Virus record (IMG/VR): IMGVR_UViG_3300036794_000132
Coordinates: 1-36,178 of that record
Reading direction: 5' to 3' (one strand)
Length of the DNA stretch: 36,178 nt
Source: a virus
Lineage: Duplodnaviria > Caudoviricetes
The notes beneath the pieces are model-generated. The model searched no databases. It was given only the letters and a program-made list of their open reading frames with translations, and was not told the origin of the DNA. The position numbers were made by a program, and so were the translations under genes. Position 1 is the first letter of the stretch, and every line of letters starts with the position of its first letter. Shown one piece after another: positions 1 through 8,060 of the stretch.

Positions 1-276
1 TTAATTCGGTACATTACGTTTTTCATTTGGGTTCTTAGTATAATAATCATTGTAGCTATCGGCTTGTTTCTGTGTAATTAACCCACCGGAGACAAGTTTC
101 CCTAAGCTAGGACTATCCTGTTTATCAAGTTGATAAAGTTCGGCTTGACCTTCGACAACTTTAACAACCGCTGTTTGACCCGTATTTTGGATATTCTTCT
201 TTTCTTTAGACAAATTTGGGACAAACAATAAAAGTAAGACACTGATAATAAGTAAGACGACAAGCATTTCAATCAA
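1..276 (-). pseudogene. comGC: ComGC competence major pseudopilin, 5'-truncated by prophage integration
   Basis: LIEMLVVLLIISVLLLLFVPNL is a type IV pilin N-terminal helix. The basic leader and the (G/A)F-T cleavage site are missing: upstream in-frame codons read R-N-L-L-S after a TAA at 292-294. Confidence 0.9.
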
Positions 277-300
277 AGATAGTAAATTTCTTTAGTTTAG
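241..300. other. Prophage attachment junction (host comGC arm / phage arm), probable core TCAAT at 269-273
   Basis: Pilin similarity ends at about 276. CTGATAAT...CATTTCAATCAA resembles the TP901-1 attB arm in comGC (TCAAT core, from recall). The exact crossover cannot be fixed without the other junction. Confidence 0.7.
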
Positions 301-320
301 TTACTTTCTTCTATATAAAT

Positions 321-348
321 AAAAAAACTCCCCCACCGAAGTAGGGGA
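321..348 (-). terminator. Intrinsic terminator after the abi gene
   Basis: Minus strand CCCCUAC-UUCG-GUGGGGG followed by AG and U7. Confidence 0.85.
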
Positions 349-385
349 TTACCTATAAGAACAGACTTGTTCATTATAGCATATT

Positions 386-1387
386 TTATTCGTTTGTCTC
401 TATGTTTTCAAGAAGAGGGGCAAAGAAATTTCCAGTATTTATATTAATGAACTCTGAGTCCATCGGGAATTTTCTTAGGTGATCTTGCAAGCATCCATAT
501 ATACTAAGGCCTAAATCTCGGAAAGGATCCCCATGTGTAGAAAACCATGATACTGCAGCAAGTAGTACATCCAGACCAATCCTACCATTTCCATTTTTAA
601 AAGAAGTTTTGCTTACCCCTATTCTTTTGTGAAAACTCTCGTGATACTTCATAAAATACATATCAGATTTATAATTGTATACTCGTCCTCCATGATCCGC
701 TCTATTCCGATAAGCTAAAAACAAATAAAGCATTTCCATAAACATTTGTTTTGTATCCTCTGTAACAAATTCTTCTGGAATATCAGTCATCATTGAAATA
801 ATTTCCGTTTTTACACTGCCTTTTTGTAACCGATAAAAGGTGATCAGGTTCCCAAAAGTGGTACCTTTTAATAAAACCCAAGGCGGAATATTGCCATGAC
901 ACTCTCTGTAGTGCTTAAACGGCTGAACATCATCCTCTTTTATTTTTTGTAATTTACGAAGCAAACCATCTCTTTCAGATTCTTTTTTATTTCTTCGCGA
1001 ATTCCATTTTATTTTACCTCTTAAAAAATTATCAGGATGACTATATTGTTCATACTCTGCAGTGTAATGACTTGCAACTGTATAAGCAACAGCAGTTCTT
1101 AAATGAAGTTCTATGTCATGCATGGTTTTTGAAACAGCATTTGCAATACTTTTATCCATTTTAAATAAAGAAAATAATTGTTCGAAAGTTGCACCCTCAA
1201 TAAATACATCTTTCTCTTGATGCTTAGGGTCCTTATCTAAAATTACATCTTTATACCCATTTACAATTTCATAATATCCATATGTGGATAGTGCTTTAAC
1301 TGCCATTTCTTCGTCTAAAAAAAGAAGATTTCTTGATTTAAGCAGCTTAATCTGTTGTTCTAGTGTCGTGAAAGGTTTTGTATCCAA
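386..1387 (-). CDS. Abi_2 (AbiF/AbiD-like) abortive infection HEPN RNase
   Basis: N-terminal KPFTTLEQQIKLLKSRNL, GYY, IELHLR, IPPWVL, TFGNL and HEPN R-x4-H motif RNRADH. TTG start with GGAG RBS. Confidence 0.88.
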   Translation of the reverse strand: MDTKPFTTLEQQIKLLKSRNLLFLDEEMAVKALSTYGYYEIVNGYKDVILDKDPKHQEKDVFIEGATFEQLFSLFKMDKSIANAVSKTMHDIELHLRTAVAYTVASHYTAEYEQYSHPDNFLRGKIKWNSRRNKKESERDGLLRKLQKIKEDDVQPFKHYRECHGNIPPWVLLKGTTFGNLITFYRLQKGSVKTEIISMMTDIPEEFVTEDTKQMFMEMLYLFLAYRNRADHGGRVYNYKSDMYFMKYHESFHKRIGVSKTSFKNGNGRIGLDVLLAAVSWFSTHGDPFRDLGLSIYGCLQDHLRKFPMDSEFININTGNFFAPLLENIETNE

Positions 1388-1404
1388 GTCTACTCCATAC
1401 TATC

Positions 1405-1468
1405 AAAAAAGGCCTCCTAAAAAAGGGGCCTCTTTCTAGGCTACAAGGGTAACCAGTCTTTATGATTA
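1405..1468 (-). ncRNA. Putative AbiF-associated small RNA (antitoxin or leader)
   Basis: About 60 nt between a consensus promoter and a terminator: hairpin GGUUAC-CCUU-GUAGCC (1454-1439), then an AGGCC/GGCCU stem plus U-tract (1431-1405), directly upstream of the abi RBS. Confidence 0.7.
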
Positions 1469-1473
1469 AAGAT

Positions 1474-1502
1474 ATTTTAACACTCCATTTTGGCAATGTC
1501 AA
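1474..1502 (-). promoter_or_regulatory. Sigma70 promoter of the ncRNA-abi unit
   Basis: TTGACA (1502-1497), 17 nt spacer, TAAAAT (1479-1474), with extended TG. Confidence 0.85.
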
Positions 1503-1567
1503 GAAAAATGATAAAAAATAACAATTTTTGATCACTTTTGCGTACTAATTTTGTATCTTTATGTATC

Positions 1568-1651
1568 AAAAAAACTCCCAGTCACGGAACCAGGAGCTAA
1601 GAAAAACAAAATTAGAAGCAAGCTTCTTCTTTTGATAATTGTATTATATCA
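1568..1651 (-). ncRNA. Putative ~70-nt sRNA unit (promoter, hairpin, terminator)
   Basis: TGA-TATAAT at 1651-1643, AGAAGC/GCTTCT inverted repeat 1614-1627, terminator GCUCCUGGUU-CCGU-GACUGGGAGU plus U-tract. Confidence 0.55.
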
Positions 1652-1673
1652 CTATTCAATATCAAGACAAAAC

Positions 1674-1703
1674 AAAAAAACATCCGATCAATTGACCGGA
1701 CGC
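1674..1703 (-). terminator. Terminator of the late/lysis operon
   Basis: GCGUCCGGUC-AAUU-GAUCGGAUGU followed by a U-tract, just after the lysin stop. Confidence 0.85.
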
Positions 1704-1710
1704 TGTGCTT

Positions 1711-2424
1711 TTACCAGATTACGTTCTTTTCATCGAACTCACCTTTTTTACCGAACAATTCTGAGCTGTAAATGTTATCGGTTTTCAAATTCATTTTTGC
1801 ATATTGATTTTGATAACTCGCAAGCATACGCGGGGTACGGATATAACGTAAATGTGTTCCATTTGAGATGAACCATTTACCTTTGTGTGGACCTGTTGTA
1901 TCTACAATTTTTAATAACATCATTTCTTCTTCTCCTTTGATATTGCTGTTTTCTGAATTATTATTTGGTGGTTTGGGTGCTGCTTTTTTACGAACTATAC
2001 CATCAAATCCACCATACCATGACCAGCTATTGTCTCCTGGCAATTTTTGAACATATTGAGCATCAAGTACATTCTGCTCAAATGTTGTGATATTACCATT
2101 TACAACACTTGCTACCAAGCCTGTGTGTCCTGTAGGTAATCCTGGACGAGGGGCGATATAAAATGTATCATCCGCTTTAACTTGATCAACTCGTGGATTA
2201 TTAATATACTCAAACCCAATCGCATTCCAGTCAGTCTGAGTATAAACATTCCAAGCACTCATTGCATCGGTATGAGGAGGTAACTCGCCGTCTCCTGGTT
2301 CTCCTGCCCATTGGTATTTACAATCAGTCATATATCGCATGTAATCACTTGTGAGTGCTCCACATTGACCATTTCCAACTTTTTGACCAATAAGCGGATC
2401 ATAAAGTTTTTCTAGTTCTGCCAT
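1711..2424 (-). CDS. Endolysin: CHAP catalytic domain, linker, C-terminal cell-binding domain
   Basis: VGNGQC (Cys), GHTGLV (His) and EQN motifs. P/N-rich linker. Follows the holin. Confidence 0.9.
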   Translation of the reverse strand: MAELEKLYDPLIGQKVGNGQCGALTSDYMRYMTDCKYQWAGEPGDGELPPHTDAMSAWNVYTQTDWNAIGFEYINNPRVDQVKADDTFYIAPRPGLPTGHTGLVASVVNGNITTFEQNVLDAQYVQKLPGDNSWSWYGGFDGIVRKKAAPKPPNNNSENSNIKGEEEMMLLKIVDTTGPHKGKWFISNGTHLRYIRTPRMLASYQNQYAKMNLKTDNIYSSELFGKKGEFDEKNVIW

Positions 2425-2637
2425 TTATTCCTCCTTTTGTTGTTTATTATAATTTAGAGCACTTACCCCTGTAACTGCTCCAAAAAAGACTGTCACAGCA
2501 TTTATGGTAAGTACTGCTAAATCAGTATCTGCCCAACCATAAGCTTTACCCAGAGCCCCAACAAGTACGCTTAGAGCTGGTAATACTGTTAGTACTACCC
2601 ATTTGATAATGTCATACGTTTTATTATTTAAATTCAT
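2425..2637 (-). CDS. Holin (Dp-1-like, 2 TM)
   Basis: MNLNNKTYDIIKWVVLTVLPAL... Start moved to the ATG at 2637 (GGAG upstream). Confidence 0.88.
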   Translation of the reverse strand: MNLNNKTYDIIKWVVLTVLPALSVLVGALGKAYGWADTDLAVLTINAVTVFFGAVTGVSALNYNKQQKEE

Positions 2638-2642
2638 TTTGA

Positions 2643-2984
2643 TTATACTCCCAATAATTTTAAAGATGCTGCAATTATAGTTCCTGCAACACCCCCAATA
2701 GCAAATACTGCCTTCCAAAAATTTTGCTTATCTATAATTTTCATTTGAAATTGACGCTCATCTGACGTGTCATTACGCTTAATAACTGCTTGAAGAATTT
2801 CTGCATTTTGTTCCGACTGTCGTGTATTCTGCTCACGTAAAAAACGATTCGATTCATCAACCCTAGTCAAGCCCTCATTCATTGTTTTTTGCATCTGAAC
2901 AGTAAAGTCATTCAAACGAGACAACTCTTTATCATGTTGCTTGAGTTTATCATCGTGCAATTGCACTTGTTTTTCTAACTCCAA
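2643..2984 (-). CDS. Lysis-cassette coiled-coil protein with C-terminal TM (XhlA-like / second holin)
   Basis: Coiled coil plus hydrophobic C-terminus, immediately upstream of the holin. Confidence 0.65.
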   Translation of the reverse strand: MELEKQVQLHDDKLKQHDKELSRLNDFTVQMQKTMNEGLTRVDESNRFLREQNTRQSEQNAEILQAVIKRNDTSDERQFQMKIIDKQNFWKAVFAIGGVAGTIIAASLKLLGV

Positions 2985-3013
2985 TTTTTTCCTTTTCTCC
3001 CTTTCATGTCATA

Positions 3014-4507
3014 TTAAGTTGTTCTCAGTGGTATCATCATATTGAAGCTATATCTGTGATTCGATCCAATGGTAACCGAACTAGGTGAAGCATATAGCTG
3101 TACGTCCCCTGTATTTAATATTCCTCCGGAATATGCTGCGCCTCCACCTTGAAAGTTACTCCACATAAACGCTTCTGTATGACTTAGATGCTTAACGATT
3201 TCAGAGGGTAGTTTCAAGAAAGTGTAGTAACTTGACCCTGTCTGATTTGATGTAGGCCTAGCTCCCTGTACTGTTATGAATATCCATCCCCCCTTAATAC
3301 AGTACTCTGCAGCGTTTGCAGCATATCCGGAAGCCATGGTTAGAGGAGTGAGGTCACGGTCTGTGCTCAAAGCTTGACCGTCCGCATCAAAAGTCGCTGT
3401 TCTAAGTGGTGTTCCGTCTGACGACAAAAGTTGTACTTCCAGACTCCCCGTAAAAGTCTTTTTACCTTCAATTGTTTCATCACCTGTAAGGTGGACTACT
3501 TCAGAATTATTGGCAATTCGCTGCCATGGTAAATTGAACCCAAGCGAAGTATTTCCAACACGGTAATATATCCCTCTAGTCGCATAATCATATAGGGTTT
3601 GAAAAATCCCACTTGATCCTACCATAGATCGAACAGACAAACGAAAAGCACCAGTTACTCCTTCTGGTGCTCCTGTGACTACTGTTGGTGTTTTCTTTGA
3701 GAACTCTCCTTCTTTTTTGTAATCATCAAGATTTGCTCCTGCTGGAATATCTTGAGAAACAATCAAATCATTAACGACTTTAAATTTCGTATCAGTTTCT
3801 GATTTAGTATAGAAATCCCCCGCTTCAAATTGTTTCAAGGCATCATCCACAGCTTTAATTGCTGCATTAGAGCTTGTTTCAATTTTGCTGGCCGCATCTT
3901 TTGCACTATTTTCCACAGACGTTATTGCATTACTTGAGATATTATTGATTCGCTCTATTGCATCATCTGCTGTGTCTTTAACATTTTGATTGTACTGTTC
4001 AATTTTTGTGTCAATAGCAGCTATTTTATTATTAATATCCACAAATTTTGCATCGGTATCTGCAATATATTTGTCTGTAATTGCATGTAATTCTTCAACC
4101 AACTTGTTATATTCTGCGATATAACTCCTTGCTTCTTCGGCAGTAATATCTACAATTTGTAAGATGGTCATATTAATATCTGCGCTAGTAATTCGCTTGT
4201 CATCTTTTTCAAAAGCAAAATACGCTCTTTCTGCATTACCCGCAGCACCAGTAATTTCTTTGGGAATGGTATATGAAAATTCCCCTTCTTTAGCTGCAGT
4301 AATCTTGGCATTTACTGCATCAATAGATATTGTTTTGGCACTCGTTGTCAGTTCGAATTTGATTTTCCAACCTGTTAAATCAAAAGCATCACCATAGGCC
4401 AAAGCAGTCGCCTGTATTTCGTGCTGCCCGCCATCATTTACTCGAGTCGTTATTCCTTGCGAAATCGATGTCTTTTGGTAGAGGTCTAATTTCAATCTTT
4501 CTTGCAT
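3014..4507 (-). CDS. BppU-family baseplate / receptor-binding fibre protein
   Basis: N-terminal BppU-like domain (FDLTGWKIKFE, AYFAFEK), coiled coil, FYTKSETD, NLDDYKKEG knob and VVHLTGDETIEGKKTF fibre motifs. Confidence 0.8.
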   Translation of the reverse strand: MQERLKLDLYQKTSISQGITTRVNDGGQHEIQATALAYGDAFDLTGWKIKFELTTSAKTISIDAVNAKITAAKEGEFSYTIPKEITGAAGNAERAYFAFEKDDKRITSADINMTILQIVDITAEEARSYIAEYNKLVEELHAITDKYIADTDAKFVDINNKIAAIDTKIEQYNQNVKDTADDAIERINNISSNAITSVENSAKDAASKIETSSNAAIKAVDDALKQFEAGDFYTKSETDTKFKVVNDLIVSQDIPAGANLDDYKKEGEFSKKTPTVVTGAPEGVTGAFRLSVRSMVGSSGIFQTLYDYATRGIYYRVGNTSLGFNLPWQRIANNSEVVHLTGDETIEGKKTFTGSLEVQLLSSDGTPLRTATFDADGQALSTDRDLTPLTMASGYAANAAEYCIKGGWIFITVQGARPTSNQTGSSYYTFLKLPSEIVKHLSHTEAFMWSNFQGGGAAYSGGILNTGDVQLYASPSSVTIGSNHRYSFNMMIPLRTT

Positions 4508-6807
4508 AATTCTGCTACTATCCTTTCTAGTTTTTCTATTTTTTCCCCTTGACTTTCTACTACCTCAATGATCTGTTTATTTGTCAAACTGTTCAACATG
4601 ATTTGCTTACTAGTATCAATTGAAAGATAATGATCATCTCCTGCGACGTCTTCGGGATAAGTTAACAGAAAAGGAGTTTCTTGTGCAATTAGTCCGAGTT
4701 CTCTTTTTTTCGAAGGTTGCAGCCTCTCATCTCGAAATTGATATTTTTGTTTTCGGTCAAACTCATAAAACTTTAATTTCTTCGTTTCCTTAATTCCATC
4801 AATTTCAGTGGGATCAATATTTTCTTTCAATCGCATATCTGACTGATTAACAATCGAGTACCCATGCATATTCAGATTTGAATAAAAATCGATAGGAACG
4901 TTATTATAAACAGTGAAAGCACTTGAAACCCCTGTATTTTTAAGGCGGGCATTATTAATCGTTGCATTACCACCTACATAACTCCCGCCCATATAAAGGT
5001 CTCCAATATGAGCGCCTTGAGAAGAAACCGCAAACTGCCTAGTATAAGTTGTAGCGGATGAAGAAGCCATAACAGAATATGAACCGATATTTCCTGCTTC
5101 CACATTAATCGCTATTTCTTCTTTTCCCGTGTTTGCATCAGTCCCACGGCCTAAATAGCCAAGTTGAGTGGTAGTATTTTTCTTGTTTATACGAATACCA
5201 CTGGAATCAACTTGAACCACATTTCTAGAACTAGTATCTTTGAATGACAATGTACTAGGAGTCAAAGAACTCCTAAGAGTGCTACTAATATAGTTATTTA
5301 GTGTACCATAGCTCATCACCATCCTATTACTTCCACTTTCTGAAGTAATAGTTGATCCTTTAATATTTACACCTTCAATCTCAATAGCTCGCAAGATACC
5401 CGTTGTGATATTAGCGGCATTAAGATTGATAACATTAATTTTTGCAGCATCTATTCTGCCTTTAACAAGTCGGTCCGCATCAGCCATAGCAGTATCAACA
5501 ATCTTGTTCCATGTAGTACCATCAAATTCCCACATTTCTATGTCCTGCTCACCTTTAGCATTAATACCAATATATTTATAAAAGAGATCACCTTTCATAG
5601 CTTTAGTAGGGAATTCTTTACCAAAATAGACTTTGTTTATTCCATTAGCTGCACCTACAACTTTTCCATTTACGTATTCATAGATATTGTTGTTGTTTTC
5701 ATGGATAATATTTTGAACTTCTTTATAAGCGGAGCGATTAACCTCATCTCCAAATGTATATTCATTCTTGAATGACTCTAGTGGAAATCTTTTCATTCTA
5801 AATATACGAGTTCTTAGGTCATATACCCGCTCATAATTTACAACCGTTACAATATCTCCAAGAGATAAAGGAATATCTGTGGGAGCAACAACTTTAAACT
5901 CGGCTTTTGGTACACCATTAAGCTTTAAAGTTTCATAAGCTAACTGAATTAGTTCACTTGGTTCTTCGCATGAATCATAAATAACAACTCCTGTCCGAGG
6001 TTTCCCAGTATGCAAAGGGTTAAGAGCAGTCAATTCGGGATCTTCTAACCATTCTTGACCTTTTGGCTTATCAAGCGGGCGACCACTTGATTTTTTCCAT
6101 TCAACATCTTTAATAGTGATACGACGAGTAAAATTCCCCGTATTCTCGCCATCATCATCTTGAAGTTCTTCTCCTTTACCACGTGGATAGACACGAGTGA
6201 TCAAGTCCGCATTATCTTCTGCTTTTGTCACAGAAAGAAGATTACTTCCGTACTCAAAGCGTTTCTGGGTCTCTCTTCCAATCTCCTTAAAGAAATTGAT
6301 ATACCGACGTGAAATTTTATTATTACTTATCGCACAAACAAATTGAACTTCACACCCTAACTCTTCAATAACAGCTTGAAGACAATCCCATCTGCTTTGA
6401 TAATAAAATGATTCGTTTGTTTTAGCGGAGAAATCAATATTCCCTCTCTCCCAAGATGAACCTTTTAAAATTTGATTTGTGATTACACTTGAAAAGTCAG
6501 CACCATTATTTCTAAATTCAATTACGACACCATCTCTTTGAAGGTCCTTAATCGCAAAGTCTACTCCTGCAAATTCATCTTCAAATTCATTTTCTTTTCG
6601 CTGATTGATTTCATAGATTCTATAGAGTTCTTCGTTTTCTACTCTGATACCAATGTATCGTATATCTTCTGAAATGATATTAGGCTCAGTTGCTAAGTAG
6701 AATTTGTTGCCTACCCCAGTGACTTCGAGTTCTTCATAAACTTCTGTTATATCATCCTCATTGACTGGGGCAACGACATTCATGTATTTATCAAATGTGT
6801 AAATCAT
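4492..6807 (-). CDS. Tal / tail spike with C-terminal intramolecular chaperone (peptidase S74-like)
   Basis: FEYGSNL...ITRVYPRGKG prophage tail endopeptidase motifs, INAANITTG repeats, SDMRLKENI autocleavage motif. Confidence 0.85.
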   Translation of the reverse strand: MIYTFDKYMNVVAPVNEDDITEVYEELEVTGVGNKFYLATEPNIISEDIRYIGIRVENEELYRIYEINQRKENEFEDEFAGVDFAIKDLQRDGVVIEFRNNGADFSSVITNQILKGSSWERGNIDFSAKTNESFYYQSRWDCLQAVIEELGCEVQFVCAISNNKISRRYINFFKEIGRETQKRFEYGSNLLSVTKAEDNADLITRVYPRGKGEELQDDDGENTGNFTRRITIKDVEWKKSSGRPLDKPKGQEWLEDPELTALNPLHTGKPRTGVVIYDSCEEPSELIQLAYETLKLNGVPKAEFKVVAPTDIPLSLGDIVTVVNYERVYDLRTRIFRMKRFPLESFKNEYTFGDEVNRSAYKEVQNIIHENNNNIYEYVNGKVVGAANGINKVYFGKEFPTKAMKGDLFYKYIGINAKGEQDIEMWEFDGTTWNKIVDTAMADADRLVKGRIDAAKINVINLNAANITTGILRAIEIEGVNIKGSTITSESGSNRMVMSYGTLNNYISSTLRSSLTPSTLSFKDTSSRNVVQVDSSGIRINKKNTTTQLGYLGRGTDANTGKEEIAINVEAGNIGSYSVMASSSATTYTRQFAVSSQGAHIGDLYMGGSYVGGNATINNARLKNTGVSSAFTVYNNVPIDFYSNLNMHGYSIVNQSDMRLKENIDPTEIDGIKETKKLKFYEFDRKQKYQFRDERLQPSKKRELGLIAQETPFLLTYPEDVAGDDHYLSIDTSKQIMLNSLTNKQIIEVVESQGEKIEKLERIVAELCKKD

Positions 6808-7595
6808 AAGTCATAAACCTCCACATCTACAATGATTTGTTTTGTTGTTACAAGGGACATGGTGATTTTATCGCCATCTTTTATTCTGATATTTCCGAAG
6901 TCTGACATGATATTCAAGTAAGAAGTGATTTCTTGATTTCCCAAATAAATTGATAGTTTCTCAAAATCAATTTTTAAAACTTTTGCTGTTAGAGTTGGTA
7001 GACCAGTAAAATTCATGGTATAGTCACCTATTCCGATTTTCAAGGTCGTTGATGTGGATGTAAAAGCCGGAAACTCAATATTTCTAATTCTCAAAGGGAA
7101 ATTACTATCGAGGTTAATTTTTCCGTTTTGTGCGACTGACTGTTTTGAATTAGCATGATACTTATAAGGTTGAGGGCAAATAATTTCAAAACTTCCTGTG
7201 GCTTTAACATAGTTTGTATCAAAATCATTAATTACTGCGAGATCACCTTCATAATACAAGTCCGGCTCATCATTAAAAAATATTCTTAACGGTTCTTCTT
7301 TATATAGGTGCCGCTTCAACTTTTTGATCGCATCATAGTATTCAGTTGTGTCTTTTGCATTGATATGGAATTTAACAATAAGCCTACGCTCTTTTAGCTT
7401 TTTGTTTCTAACCTTGATGCCATGCTTTTGAGCAATCGAGTAGCTATCCATGTCTACAAATAAGCTCTCTCGTCCATAAACAGAGAGTGTTTGAAAACTA
7501 TTGATTTCTTTATCCAAAAAGAAGCCATCAATATTAATAGCTTCTTTTGGTAATCCTATCGTTCCTTTACTAACTGTATCTGTAAAGTTGTACAT
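6804..7595 (-). CDS. Distal tail protein (Dit)
   Basis: MYNFTDT, FQTLSVYGRE, FNDEPDLYYEG, CPQPYKY. Start moved to 7595 (AGAAAGGAG RBS). Confidence 0.88.
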   Translation of the reverse strand: MYNFTDTVSKGTIGLPKEAINIDGFFLDKEINSFQTLSVYGRESLFVDMDSYSIAQKHGIKVRNKKLKERRLIVKFHINAKDTTEYYDAIKKLKRHLYKEEPLRIFFNDEPDLYYEGDLAVINDFDTNYVKATGSFEIICPQPYKYHANSKQSVAQNGKINLDSNFPLRIRNIEFPAFTSTSTTLKIGIGDYTMNFTGLPTLTAKVLKIDFEKLSIYLGNQEITSYLNIMSDFGNIRIKDGDKITMSLVTTKQIIVDVEVYDL

Positions 7596-7691
7596 TACTC
7601 TCCTTTCTATATTTTTCATTTCCTCCTTGATATAATAGCTATGAGTAGGTATTTCCAGTACTTACTTAGAACTATTAGAAAGGAGATCTAC

Positions 7692-7934
7692 ATGAGTCAA
7701 AAAATCAACGCAGAATCGTTTGCTCAAGCCGTTGTTTCTTCATCAAACGAAACTGACATCAATAAATTGCTTGATTTATACGTTAATGCAATTTCGGCAG
7801 CGAATGATTACAATTCTTCCCTACCCATACCTAAAGGTAAAGTTGGAAAGTATCCCCGGTGGTTTTTAATTTTCAGCAATCGCACTATAAAGCTCTGCAA
7901 TGGCCGATACCATTTCAGGGCTTTTGTCATCTGA
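7692..7934 (+). CDS. Small hypothetical protein, antisense moron in the tail operon
   Basis: AGAAAGGAG RBS at 7677-7685, ATG 7692, own TGATATAAT promoter at 7628-7636. The 3' end may be frameshift-extended. Confidence 0.7.
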   Translation: MSQKINAESFAQAVVSSSNETDINKLLDLYVNAISAANDYNSSLPIPKGKVGKYPRWFLIFSNRTIKLCNGRYHFRAFVI

Positions 7935-8045
7935 GAGGACTCGGGCAGCTAAATATGATATCACAAGCTCCTCTACTGTCATTTCTTTACCTTCTGCAAA
8001 TTCCGGATTATTTTCTTTTGTAATCACTACTTCTATTTTTTTCAT
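7866..8045 (-). CDS. 59-aa hypothetical protein (not in ORF track)
   Basis: AGAAAGGA RBS. MKKIEVVITKENNPEF...SPEMVSAIAELYSAIAEN*. Confidence 0.7.
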   Translation of the reverse strand: MKKIEVVITKENNPEFAEGKEMTVEELVISYLAARVLSDDKSPEMVSAIAELYSAIAEN

Positions 8046-8060
8046 CTTTTGTCCTTTCTA

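Noticed and set aside
277-320. Phage-supplied replacement 5' end for comGC
   Set aside because: In-frame TAA at 292-294, no prepilin cleavage motif, and the nearest AGAAAG is more than 20 nt from the TTG.
1347-2050. ORFs 1347-1535(-), 1551-1871(+) and 1868-2050(+)
   Set aside because: They overlap promoter/terminator elements or are antisense to the lysin, and lack an RBS.
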